A stretch of 64,000 bases of DNA from assembly GCF_006345805.1 (NCBI RefSeq), contig NC_043017.1, positions 24,800,001-24,864,000 on the forward strand. The letters run 5' to 3'. The translations under genes were made by a program, and so were the position numbers. Below the pieces are notes generated by a model. It worked only from the letters and a program-made list of their open reading frames with translations, was not told the origin of the DNA and did not search any database. Within the stretch, counting starts at the first letter, position 1. The number at the start of each line of letters is the position of its first letter. The DNA comes from Octopus sinensis. Lineage: Eukaryota. Below are positions 1 to 11,444 of this stretch, piece by piece.

Positions 1-87
1 CTGTCCTCTCTGTGTTTAGCCCCTTGTAGGCAATAAAGAAATATATATCTCTTGAAAATGGGGGAGGAAAAGACTTCGTTATTTCAA

Positions 88-425
88 CTACGAGGGATTG
101 TTTCCCTTTGACCGCGATCCGTAATTGAACCTGTTGGTTTGTAGGTCCGAGGATGTTAGAAGGAATTTCCTGAAGTGCAAGCAGGGTTCATAAGCTTCTG
201 TCCAGGAGTTAAGGATGTTCCATGGGTCGAGGGAGTCTTTTAATATCCTCGTCTGTTCGGCTATGCACAGCTTACAACGTTTGATCCCATTGATGTAGTG
301 GCCTGGATTTTCTGGAATCTTCCGTATTACGTGTAGAGTTTCTTCATTTTCAATTGCCAAAAATGGATGGCTAATGACGTAGCGTATCTCCTCTCTGGGA
401 TCTTGAATGAGGATCTATGGTTGGA
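88..425 (-). mobile_element. Penelope-like element, C-terminal GIY-YIG endonuclease remnant
   Basis: Minus-strand translation gives NHRSSFKIPERRYATSLAIHFWQLK, then after a frameshift KRCKLCIAEQTRIL...LNSWTEAYEPCLHFRKFLL. This matches the PLE endonuclease C-terminal pattern (NHxxSF...LSxxIWxLK...RCxLCxxE...LNxRxE...CxH). Confidence 0.7.
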
Positions 426-854
426 AAAATACTGCAAGAGGCCTTAGGATATTTTTGTTGATGCTGATGTTGTTGCTGAAGCTAATGTTGGTATTGGTGC
501 GGATGCTGTCAATCCTGGGGTAGGGGACATCATCGGTGGCAGTGCTGTTGTCTTCTTCCAATCAAGACTCACGCCATTAGCCACAAAGAATAATCTCTAA
601 TTCGAGCCTACTCTAAGCTACGAAGAATGCGTGCGGCAACTTGAAGATTCACCCACCGCACGCGATAGACTGGCGGTTGCACGGACGCGAAAGCTACGTT
701 GTTATCCTCATTCCGTAAATCGTAAAGGATAGCTTTTAACGGGTGGAGAACTGAACCATCCTGGGGTACAGAGGATTTGCAATCTAGACTAGGGTCTGAA
801 AGTTTACCACACCATATTGGGTTACACCATGGTTCCTCTGCTTTGTGGCAGAAG

Positions 855-1005
855 TAGGAAGAAAGAGTGAGAGAAAGTTGTGGTGAAAGAGTACAGCAGG
901 GTTCAACCCCCGCCGCCGGAGCCTCGTGGAGCTTAGGTGTTCTTGCTCAATAAACACTCACATTGTGCCCAGTCTGGGAATCGAAACTGCGTTCTTACGA
1001 CCACG
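855..1005 (-). mobile_element. SINE family C, partial copy
   Basis: Matches the 5' half of the element at 7911-8279 and 13103-13475 (gagtgagagaaagttgtggtgaaagagtacagcaggg...ggagcctcgtggagc). Confidence 0.75.
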
Positions 1006-1184
1006 AGTCCTGTTGTTGGCACTATGGTGTTATCGGTGCTATTGCAGTAGCTGATGTTGTCACTGTTATCGTTGTTATCATTGGCAATGGTGCTGCTGCT
1101 ATTTCTGTACAGGTTGTTATCGATACTGCCATTCCTGCTAGTGTAGTTGTCATTGAAAAAAGCCATGGCTGTCGCTCCTACCAC

Positions 1185-1400
1185 CTCAGCTTCATAGATG
1201 ACTCCCTTGGTTTCACAATGACCTCCCACTGGGCTTCTGTTGTGGTGCCTGAACGAGCATCCCACCTCCGTTCATGGCCTTGAATGTTCTTAATATTAGG
1301 GGCGCAGCTACAAGAAACCCTTCGGTTGTGTCTGTTGAATATGTATCCCTACCTACATAAACATGTAGATGTGTTATTAAAATTACGTCAACGAGTCTCA
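1185..1400 (-). mobile_element. Penelope-like element, Cys-linker/GIY remnant
   Basis: Translation CSFRHHNRSPVGGHCETKGVIYEAEV resembles the CxC...CPxxGxCxxxxVIYxAxV linker that precedes the PLE endonuclease. It is colinear with 88-425. Confidence 0.55.
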
Positions 1401-1427
1401 TGCGAACTCTATACTTCACTGATAACA

Positions 1428-1655
1428 GATGTTTTCAGTTTGAATGGCAGTTTTTAAACATAATTTCTAGGTAACTAAGAAATTTTAAACTTTGTATACT
1501 GGTAGAATGTGTTTATAAAACATCTTTTTCTCTTGGCTTTATTGAGAAAATTCTATAGTTTGTAAGATATTTGTTGTTTTTCTTCTTCAATTTCAACGAA
1601 TCAATGACGTCCATTGAGGTAAAAACATTCTGTGCCGTATGAATATGTCCATATC
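1428..1655. mobile_element. GGATC-family MITE, partial copy
   Basis: Begins with a degenerate TIR (gatgttttcagtttgaatggcagttttt) and matches the first ~230 bp of the complete copy at 53032-53448. Confidence 0.75.
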
Positions 1656-2088
1656 TGCTACCCTAAGGAATATCCTAACTACACACATTTCTATGTTGAC
1701 GGAGAAGGAGCGGGGCAAACAAAATTATATTTCTGCCGTTCTTCCTTCTGTGGGTGTTAGGGCCTAGCATATAGCTAGCAGCTAGTGCCTCATTATAGTA
1801 GGGGACTGTAGCATCAAAAATCACTTGGCTAGAAGAAAGGTTCGTGACTCTCATGTACGTGTCCCCTTCCCCCAGAATTTCTTTCTTTATAGCTTTTGTA
1901 AAAATATGGATTTTTCAATGAAATTTTCTACTAGTTCACTTTAGTGTAAATTATGATTATATTGGAATTAGATGTGGGGGGAAAAAAGTGGGCATGCACA
2001 CATGCATAGTAACACATATCACTAATATTGATACAAAATGAAACTTGAAATGTTGAAGACAGTTGTGATGTATGTCAGTATGTATCAA

Positions 2089-2548
2089 GCCGGCGAGCTG
2101 GCAGAAACGTTAGCACACCGGGCGAAATGCTTAGCTGTATTTCGTCTGCCGTTACGTTCTGAGTTCAAATCCCGCCGAGGTCGACTTTGCCTTTCATCCT
2201 TTCGGGGTCGATAAATTAAGTACCAGTTAACGTGGGGTCAATGTAATGGACTGAATCCGTTTGTCCTCTCCGTGTTTAGCCCCTTGTGGGCAATAAAGAA
2301 ATATATATTTATTAAGGCGGCGAGCTGGCAGAAACGTTAGCACCCCAGGCGAAATGCTTAGCTGTATTTCGTCTGCCGTTACGTTCTGAGTTCAAATTCC
2401 GCCGAGGTCGACTTTGCTTTTCATCCTTCTGGGGTCGATAAATTAAGTACCAGTTATGCACTGGGGTCGATGTAATGGACTGAATCCGTTTGTCTGTCCT
2501 TGTTTGTCCTCTCTGTGTTTAGCCCCTTGTGGGTAGTAAAGAAATAAA
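2089..2548 (+). mobile_element. SINE family A, tandem dimer
   Basis: Two head-to-tail copies (ggcgagctggcagaaacgttagcac...gagttcaaattccgccgaggtcgac...aaagaaata) with a B-box-like GAGTTCAAATTCC. One 10-bp TSD TATGTATCAA (2079-2088, 2549-2558) flanks the pair. Confidence 0.85.
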
Positions 2549-3589
2549 TATGTATCAATGCACACCCATGTAGTCTTTTATTTTTTCCTCATGCATTTTG
2601 CAATACGATTTTAATCTACACCATTTGAAAAGTATTCTGTGTGGTAAGAAGTTTGCTTCCCAACCACATGGCTCCAGGTTCAATGTGTGGCACCTTGAGT
2701 AAGTGTCTTCTACCATAGCTTTAGGCCAACTGAAGCCATGTGAGTGGACTTGGTAGACAGAAGCCCATTGTACATATATATATATATATCTGTGTTTGTT
2801 GTCTTTGAGATGATGCTCTGACTTTGTGGTGTGATCTGCAGCAAGCTAATGGCTTGATAGAGTGTACACATTACACATATAAATTGCATATTTCAGTTGC
2901 AGTTCACTCATGGCACTAACCTGATAACTTACAGAAAGAGTAACAAAAATTATCTAATATCTCTAAGGATCTTCCTGTGCACACAAATAGACTTTAAAAA
3001 GAAAATCCTAAAAAACAGGATTTTCAGAGTGAAATTTTTTTTCATTCTTATTTTCTTTGTATTTATAATCAGATACACAAGACACAAAATGCACATATGA
3101 ATGTCTATAAAGGAAGAAACACCTACCTACCTGCCCCCCCCCCCCTTCTCTGTTACCAATATTCTTCCTCTCAGAAATACTGCTTTTAATATACTATCAC
3201 TTGTAGAGCTCTTGTATAAACAATCTATTGGCTATCTGCAGAATAATAGTGCTATAATATTTGTTTTCTTTTGGCACTAACATTATAACCATCATTGTAT
3301 TAGTATAATATTTCTTAAGGAATATTATTTAAACTCAGAGAAAAAAATCAAGAAACAATACTTTCATATGAAAATAAAATAACAAAACAATAATATAATA
3401 TTTGAAGTTTATTTATTTGTGGAGGATACGTAGCTTGGAGGTTATGGTGTTGCTGTGTGTTCTGGAGCAAAGCTTCATCTGACATTGTTCTGCGATAACT
3501 TTCATACATGATGTGTAACACATCGTGCTACTGTTCAGTCAATCTCAATTTGGCAGACGGAGTCAGCTAATATACAGCACATACATTTG

Positions 3590-3940
3590 ATCATCATCAT
3601 CATCATCATCGTTTAACGTCCGTTTTCCACGCTAGCATGGGTTGGACGGTTCGACCGGGGTCTGAGAAGCCAGGGGCTGCACCAGGCTCAAGTCTGATCT
3701 GGCAGAGTTTCTACAGCTGGATGCCCTTCCTAACGCCAACCACTCCGCGAGTGTAGTGGGTGCTCCTTACGTGCCACCTGCACAGGTGCCAGGGGAGTCT
3801 GGCATCGGCCATGATCAGTTGGTGCCTTTAACGTGCCACCGGCACGGAAGCCAGCCAAGGCGGCGCTGGCATTGGCCACGTTTGGATGGTGCTTTTTATG
3901 TGCCACCGGCACTGGAGCCAGTCGAGGCAGCGCTGGCATC
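3590..3940 (-). mobile_element. SINE family D with (GAT)n tail
   Basis: (cat)n followed by cgtttaacgtcc...ggatgcccttcctaacgccaacc. Six or more copies occur in the window, and the paralogous site near 58105 is empty. Confidence 0.8.
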
Positions 3941-4260
3941 AGTATAAACAAATTATTTGTGCAGTTTCTGCAGCAAAAAAACTTTTTGGGAATACGAGAG
4001 ACTACCATCCACACATCCATCCATTTACTTGTAAATGAATCTACTTTAGTTGTAGTCATATATCAAATATATTGTTAGAATACCCTTATCATATTGTTAT
4101 AGCATGTTTTTTTGTGTCTACAGATACCACAGTGATATGGCTTCTCTTTCATTTTAATATATTTGTGTCTTGTTTAGCCATCACCAACAGAAATTAATTT
4201 ACTACAAATATGAAGCTGATACTGCTTCTCTTCTGTTTAAATAAATGTGAGTTGTTTTAA

Positions 4261-4481
4261 CCCTTTAGTGTTCACATTATTCTGCCAAAATTAATCCTTT
4301 TTTATCCACATTGTCTTGAACTAATCATGCATTATCTTGTAGCTATGAGATTTTGATGAGGTAACTGTTAATTTTTAAAACGATATTGTAGGGCTGGTGT
4401 GAGAGACCAGATCTGGCCAGTTTGAACATAAAACAGGTAGAATACTTTTTGTCGGATATGGCCGGTTTAAATGCTAACGGG
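4261..4481. mobile_element. piggyBac-type MITE (221 bp)
   Basis: TTAA|CCCTTTAGTG...ATGCTAACGGG|TTAA. The paralogous site near 19345 has a single TTAA, and a second 221-bp copy lies at 59577-59797. Confidence 0.9.
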
Positions 4482-4715
4482 TTAAGCCACCCATTTCCAT
4501 AAAAAAAATAGCCAAACATGTCTGTGATATGGTTACTCCTCAGTATGAAGACATTTGTGTTTAGTTACTTCAAAATTCCTAGAGAATGATTTACCAAATA
4601 TCACAAACGTACAGCTTTTGTTCTGTTCTGTGAATGTATTTGAGATTAGATAAGATACTTATTTGAGAGCATGATTTCTCACAGTTGGCAAACTGATATA
4701 GCTTATTAGTATATA

Positions 4716-5045
4716 TAATATATAATAATAATGAAATTATTGTATACAGTGCTCAGGTGCACCACAACTTGTCAGAAAGTGCATATAGAGTATATGCAGT
4801 AATGTATAAATGTCTGGAAAGCGAACAATGTATGAGTCAGATACATGCTTGCATGTGTATGGAGGGGAGAAAATCAGGTGCAATGTTGGTGAATCTCAAA
4901 AAGCATAGAAGTTTTGAAGGATGCAGTGCTCCGACAACTAACAACTGATGCTGGCAGTTTGTTCCATGCTTCAGCAACTCTCAGCGTGAAAAAATGTTTC
5001 CGAAAGTCATGGGAGCTGTGCTGTTTTCTGACTTTGTAAATATAT
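4716..5045 (-). mobile_element. CR1-type LINE 3' fragment
   Basis: Same sequence as 62900-63150 ([29 protein letters not shown]), with a (taa)n tail at 4716-4738. Confidence 0.8.
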
Positions 5046-5297
5046 CCACGGGTGTGTATGTTTGTGTAGAGCTAAGTTAACATTTTGAGAGAAAGGTTTT
5101 CCACAGATAACACAAGGATATGGCTTCTCACCAGTATGGGTGTGTTTGTATATAATTGAAGCTCAACCAGGAGAGAATGATTTAATGTGAACATCATGGG
5201 CATGTGGTCCCTCTCCTGTATGAATATATTGATGTTTAGTTAAATATCAATTGGTACAGAATGATTTCTCACAGATGTGGCGTCCAACCTGTATACT

Positions 5298-5690
5298 CTT
5301 TTACTCGTTTCAGGCATGTGACTGTGGCCACGCTGGAGCACCGCCTTTAGTCGATCAAATCGCCCCCAGGATTTATTCTTTGTAAGCCTAATACTTATTT
5401 TATCGGTCTCTTTTTTGCCGAACCGCTAAGTTTACAGGGACGTAAACACACCAGCATTGGTTGTCAAGCGATGTTGGGGACACAAACACAGACACACAAA
5501 CACGCACATACATATATATATACGACAGGCTTCTTTCAGTTTCCGTCTACCAAATCCACTTACAAGGCTTTGGTTGGCCCGAGGCTATAGTAGAAGACAC
5601 TTACCCAAGGTGCCACGCAGTGGAACTGAACCCGGAACCAACCATGTGGTTGGTTAGCAAGCTACTTACCACACAGCCACTCCTGCGCCT
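5298..5690 (-). mobile_element. SINE family B, full copy
   Basis: tRNA-like head (gcaggagtggctgtgtggtaagtagc...gggttcagt/gagttcca), central (AT/GT)n linker and a (TAAAAGAG)n tail. About 15 copies or fragments are present in the window. Confidence 0.85.
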
Positions 5691-6173
5691 ATTGTCTATT
5701 TTTTTTTTAATATACATACATATATATACACATATATTATATGAGCAACCCTCTTCGGGAATCGGGCCGCATGAGCCGTGATTCATCGTCAAATAGGCAA
5801 AAATACTAAAAAAAAGTAGAAGACACTTACCCAAGGTGCCACGCAGTGGGACTGAACCCGGAATCATGTGGTTCGTAAGCAAGCTACTTACCACACAGCC
5901 AATCCTACACCTGTATGTGTGCGATTGTGTAGAGCTAAGTTAACATTTTGTGAGAAAGGTTTCCCACAGACATGAAAATGGTGTGGTTTCTCAGCTGAAT
6001 GAATATGTCTATGCTAACTTAAGGAACCACTTTCAGAAACTGATTCACCACAGATATCACACTGATATGGCCTCCCACTTGCCTGAGATTGCTTATGCCT
6101 AGTTCAGGTACAACCTCCCGAAAATGACTAAAAGCAGGTGATATAGTGAAATGGTTTTAATTGTATATGAATA

Positions 6174-6558
6174 CTAGCAGTATCGCCCGGCGTTGCTCGG
6201 GTTTGTAAGGGAAATAACTATAAAGCATTTTTAGAGAGTTATAGCCAAAAAATGCATTAAAAATGGAAAAAAAATTATGGTAATTTTAAAAAAAGAATCG
6301 TTGACTCATCGTAGACATTTTTAGAGAGTTACTTCCCTTATATATGCCAAAAATGCATTAAAAATGGGAAAAATTGATGGTAAATTATTTTTAAAATCGT
6401 AGACTCATCGTAGACATGCGCTAATACCCAGAAGGGCTCGATATGAATCACGACTATAAGATACCCAGTTTTGGTTAAACTGCACCGCAAAATGTGGGAG
6501 TAGTTAGGAATCTAAATCGGAGTAGACAGACACACAACCTTACTTTTATATATAAAGA
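6174..6558 (-). mobile_element. Non-autonomous Helitron, family H1
   Basis: On the minus strand: A|TCTTTATATATAAAAG...CCCGAGCAACGCCGGG hairpin...CTAG|T. These are canonical Helitron termini inserted at an AT site with no TSD. Confidence 0.9.
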
Positions 6559-6604
6559 TTTAACACACCACTACTAGAATAGGATATTCAACAGATACAC
6601 TCAC

Positions 6605-6765
6605 GGAGTGGTTGGCGTTAGGAAGGGCATCCAGCTGTAGAAACATTGCCAGATTAGACTGGAGCCTGGTGCAGCCTTCTGGCTTCCCAGAACCCCGGTC
6701 GAACCGTCCAACCCATACTAGCATGGAGAACGGACGTTAAACGACGATGATGATGATGATGATGA
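6605..6765 (+). mobile_element. SINE family D, 3' part
   Basis: ggagtggttggcgttaggaagggcatccagctg...ggacgttaaacgacgat(gat)n. Confidence 0.8.
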
Positions 6766-7027
6766 TCACAGTGAAATGGTTATTCTGCTGTGTGAACATG
6801 CTTATGTTCAGCGTGACAAGGCCGGCCCTTTGAAATACAGGTACAACAGAAACAGGAAGTAAGAGTGAGAGAAAGTTGTGGTGAAAGAGTACAGCAGGGA
6901 TCACCACCATCCCTGCCGGAGCCTCATAGAATGAGATTTACCAGAAATATGACACTGAAATGGCTTTTCTCCCATTATGAATCTGTATGTCCTTGTTTAA
7001 ACAAACATTTTCACAGAATGGTTTGCC

Positions 7028-7442
7028 GGAGTGGCTGTGTGGTAAGTAGCTTGCTAACCAACCACATGGTTCCGGGTTCAGTCCCACTGCATGGCATCTT
7101 GGGCAAGTGTCTTCTGCTATAGCCCCGGGCCAACCAATGCCTTGTGAGTGGATTTGGTAGACGGAAACTGAAAGAAGCCCGTCGTATCATCATCATCATC
7201 ATCGTTTAACGTCCGTTCTCCATGCTAGCATGGGTTGGACGGTTCAACTGGGGTCTGGGAAGCCAGAAGGCTGCACCAGGCTCCAGTCTTATCTGGCAAT
7301 GTTTCTACAGCTGGATGCCCTTCCTAGCGCCAACCACTCTGTGAGTGTAGTGGGTGCTTTTTACGTGCCACCTGCACAGGTGCCAGGCGAGGTTGGCAAC
7401 GGCCACGGTCGGATTGGTATATTTTATGTGCCACCAGCACAC

Positions 7443-7486
<44 letters not shown>

Positions 7487-7700
7487 GTATGTATGTATGT
7501 GTGTGTGTTTGCCCCCCTAGCATTGCTTGACAACCGATGCTGGTGTGACTACGTCCCCGTCACTTAGCGGTTCGGCAAAAGAGACCGATAGAATAAGTAC
7601 TAGGCTTACAAAGAATAAGTCCCGGGGTCGATTTGCTCGATTAAAGGCGGTGCTCCAGCATGGCCGCAGTCAAATGACTGAAACAAGTAAAAGAGTAAAG
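7028..7700 (+). mobile_element. SINE B with an antisense SINE D (about 7187-7440) nested in its central linker
   Basis: SINE B head at 7028-7185 and tail at 7505-7700 are separated by a minus-strand SINE D and an (AT)n tract. Confidence 0.8.
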
Positions 7701-7724
7701 AGAGCCACAAGTATTAAATGACTA

Positions 7725-8254
<530 letters not shown>

Positions 8255-8279
<25 letters not shown>

Positions 8280-9879
8280 CCTGTATGAATATGTGTGTGT
8301 CTATTTAAGTTACTACTTTCAGAGAATGATTTACCACATATGTCACAGTGATATGGTTTCTCTCCTGTATGAATACGTTTGTGAGAATTTAAGATGCAAT
8401 TTTCAGAGAATGACCTACCACAGATATCACAGTGATATGGTTTTTCTCCTGTATGTACACGTTTGTGACTATTTAAATTACAACTCTTCGAAAATGATTT
8501 ACCGCAGATATCACAGTGATATGGTTTTTCTCCTGTATGTGTACGTTTGTGACTATTTAAATTACAACTCTGAGAAAATGACTCACCACAGATATCACAA
8601 TGATATGGCTTCTCTCCTGTATGAATACGTCTGTGCCTGTTTAAGGTACTACTTATAGAAAATGATTTACCACAGATATTACACTGATATGGCTTCTCTC
8701 CTATATGAACATATTTGTGTTTGGTTAAGGTACTATTTTCAGAGAACGATTGACCACAGATATCACAATGATATGGTCTCTCACCAGTGTGAACGCGTTT
8801 GTGAGTATTTAATTTACTACTTGTGGGAAAGGATTTACCACAGATATCACACTGATGTGGCTTTTCTCCTGTATGGATACGCATATGTGTAAGTAATGCA
8901 CTATTTCTTGAGAAACATTTACCACAGATATCACAGTGATATGGTGTCTCTCCTGTATGAACACGCTTATGCTTAGTTAAATCACTACCTTTAGAGAAAG
9001 ATTTACCACAGATATCACACTGATATGGCTTTTTCTCCTTATGGATACGCATATGTGTAAGTAATGCACTATTTCTTGAGAACATTTACCACAGATATCA
9101 CAGTGATATGGTGTCTCTCCTGTATGAACACGCTTATGCTTAGTTAAATCACTACCTTTAGAGAAAGATTTACCACAGATATCACACTGATGTGGCTTTT
9201 CTCCTGTATGGATACGCATATGTGTAAGTAATGCACTATTTCTTGAGAAACATTTACCACAGATATCACAGTGATATGGTGTCTCTCCTGTATGAACACG
9301 CTTATGCTTAGTTAAATCACTACCTTTAGAGAAAGATTTACCACAGATATCACACTGATATGGCTTTTCTCCTGTATGGATACGCATATGTGTAAGTAAT
9401 GCACTATTTCTTGAGAAACATTTACCACAGATATCACAGTGATATGGTGTCTCTCCTGTATGAACACGCTTATGCTTAGTTAAATCACTACCTTTAGAGA
9501 AAGATTTACCACAGATATCACACTGATATGGCTTTTCTCCTGTATGGATACGCATATGTGTAAGTAATGCACTATTTCTTGAGAAACATTTACCACAGAT
9601 ATCACAGTGATATGGTGTCTCTCCTGTATGAATACGTTTGTGTAAATTTAAGGTGCCACTTTTAGAGAATGATTTACTACAAATGTCACAATGATATAGT
9701 TTTCCTCCCGCGTGAATATGTTTGTGCTCAATTAAGCAACGTCTTTCTGAGAATGACTTTTTACACACGTTACAGAAATATGACGTTTTTTCTGTCTCTT
9801 TTCGCATCTCATCAGGAATATTAATACTCTCAGACTCTGTTTTGATTTGAATTGGATTCTTAGAGTATTCATTTTCCAT
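8255..9879 (-). CDS. C2H2 zinc-finger protein A, about 18 fingers, with an apparent 1-bp frameshift near 9081
   Basis: ORFs 8977-9879 and 8255-9085 overlap in different frames. Repeats are CxxCxxxFxxxxxLxxHxxxH with TGEKP linkers. The stop codon is supplied by SINE C. Confidence 0.85.
8860..9625 (-). repeat. Near-identical 168-bp (two-finger) tandem repeat, about 4.5 copies
   Basis: Finger helices alternate RNSALLT (x5) and KGSDLTK (x4), with near-identical DNA including synonymous sites. Confidence 0.95.
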
Positions 9880-10086
9880 AATTACTCCCCTCTTGTTCTT
9901 GTATTTTCTTTAGTTATTTCTGCTGCTATATTTCCATGGAACGCGATCCTTGCTGATGATTGAAGATACTGCAAAAATCTTTCGTAATAATGTCCAACTT
10001 TAATTAGAACATAACATACTCTTGAATGTATTTCAGGCAGTGAAGTAGTAAAACCTTACTAATGATATCACCAATTTTCTCAGATT

Positions 10087-10110
10087 TCAAAGAAACGGGA
10101 TTATATCCAT
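10087..10110 (-). promoter_or_regulatory. uORF MDIIPFL* in the ZNF-A leader
   Basis: ATG GAT ATA ATC CCG TTT CTT TGA, downstream of the predicted acceptor (tctattatttcag; exon starts at 10206). Confidence 0.6.
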
Positions 10111-10294
10111 TCCATGTAGCAACTTCCTTTTCTTTTTAGATTATGATAAATATCGATGAAACATCTGATGTATGAGATACCTGTATGCCAATGGCATCTG
10201 ATATTTCTGAAATAATAGAGAAACGGTGTAAGATATACAGGATTTTAAAAGTAGTTTCAGCGATGAAAAATTTACTAAATCAAATCAAACCAAA

Positions 10295-10790
10295 TCAAAA
10301 TAGATGAACATCAATGGAATTTGTATCCTTGTGGTACCAGTGCTGGTGGCACATAAGAAAACCATCCGAACGTGATCGTAGCCAGTACCGCATCGACTGG
10401 CCTCCGTGCTGAGGGCACGTAACAAACACCATCCGAGCGTGGCCGTTCGCCAGCCTCGTCTGGCACCTGTGTCGGTGGCACATAAAAACACCATCCGAGC
10501 ATGGCCGTCTGCCAGCCTCGTCTGGCACCTGTTTTGGTGGCACATAAAAACACCATCCGAGCGTGGCCGTCTGCCAGCCTCGTCTGGCACCTGTGTCGGT
10601 GGCACATAAAATCACCCACTACACTCTCGGAGTGGTTGGCGTTAGGAAGGGCATCCAGCTGTAGAAACACTGCCAGATCTGACTGGCCTGGTGCAGCCTT
10701 CGAGCTTGCCAGACCCCAGTTGAACCGTCCAACCCATGCTAGCATGGAAAGCGGACGTTAAACGATGATGATGATGATGATGATGATGAT
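10295..10790 (+). mobile_element. SINE family D with an internal 62-bp tandem triplication
   Basis: ccatccgagc ends at 10438, 10500 and 10562 (period 62). (gat)n tail at 10763-10790. Confidence 0.85.
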
Positions 10791-11015
10791 TGATAAACTG
10801 TAAATGTAAACATTTCCGTCGATATTTGAACTTTAAATTTGTTAAAATTATAACTCATATGAGGTTTACACATCATAGACGACAGCAACACGACCAGATT
10901 ATTTATCTTAAATTACAGAGTGGTGGACATGGGGCTTTCTGACCAGGAAGGTCTTCCATCGTTGGTCAATTACTCTTTAAACCCAGGTCAATTCAGACAG
11001 AGCAGAACAAGTCCA

Positions 11016-11423
11016 GCATCTTTTCGGTTTGAACGGCAGTTTTTTCTAGCGGTGTCATATGAAATTGTCACCCATAATTATGACCCTAGTATCGATCTAT
11101 TGCATTTCAATCCGTTTTAGGGTTAGGGGTGAGGGGAAGGGTATCTTTTTTTCTTCACAAATGTAAATAAACCCAATCTGTTTCTTAAACGAGGGACATA
11201 TTCATACGGCACAGAATGTTTTTTTTTTTACCTCAATGGACGTCAGTGATTGGTTGAAATTGCAGAAAAAAAAACAACAAATACCTTACAAACTATAGAA
11301 TTTTCTCAATAAAGCCAAGAGAAAAATTTGTTTTATAAACACATTCTACCAGTATACGAAGTTTAAAATTTTTTAGTTACCTAGAAATCATTTTAAAAAC
11401 TGCCGTTCAAACCTAGAAGATCC
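11016..11423. mobile_element. GGATC-family MITE, about 408 bp
   Basis: TIRs gcatcttttcggtttgaacggcagtttt and aaaactgccgttcaaacctagaagatcc. 8-bp TSD CAAGTCCA/CGAGTCCA (1 mismatch). Confidence 0.85.
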
Positions 11424-11444
11424 CGAGTCCATGCAAGTTACTCT

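Noticed and set aside
5457-5894. Recurrent ORFs such as MSSNARGTNTD, MLGGQTQT and MTTDAGV
   Set aside because: They are translations of SINE B consensus, repeated wherever the SINE occurs.
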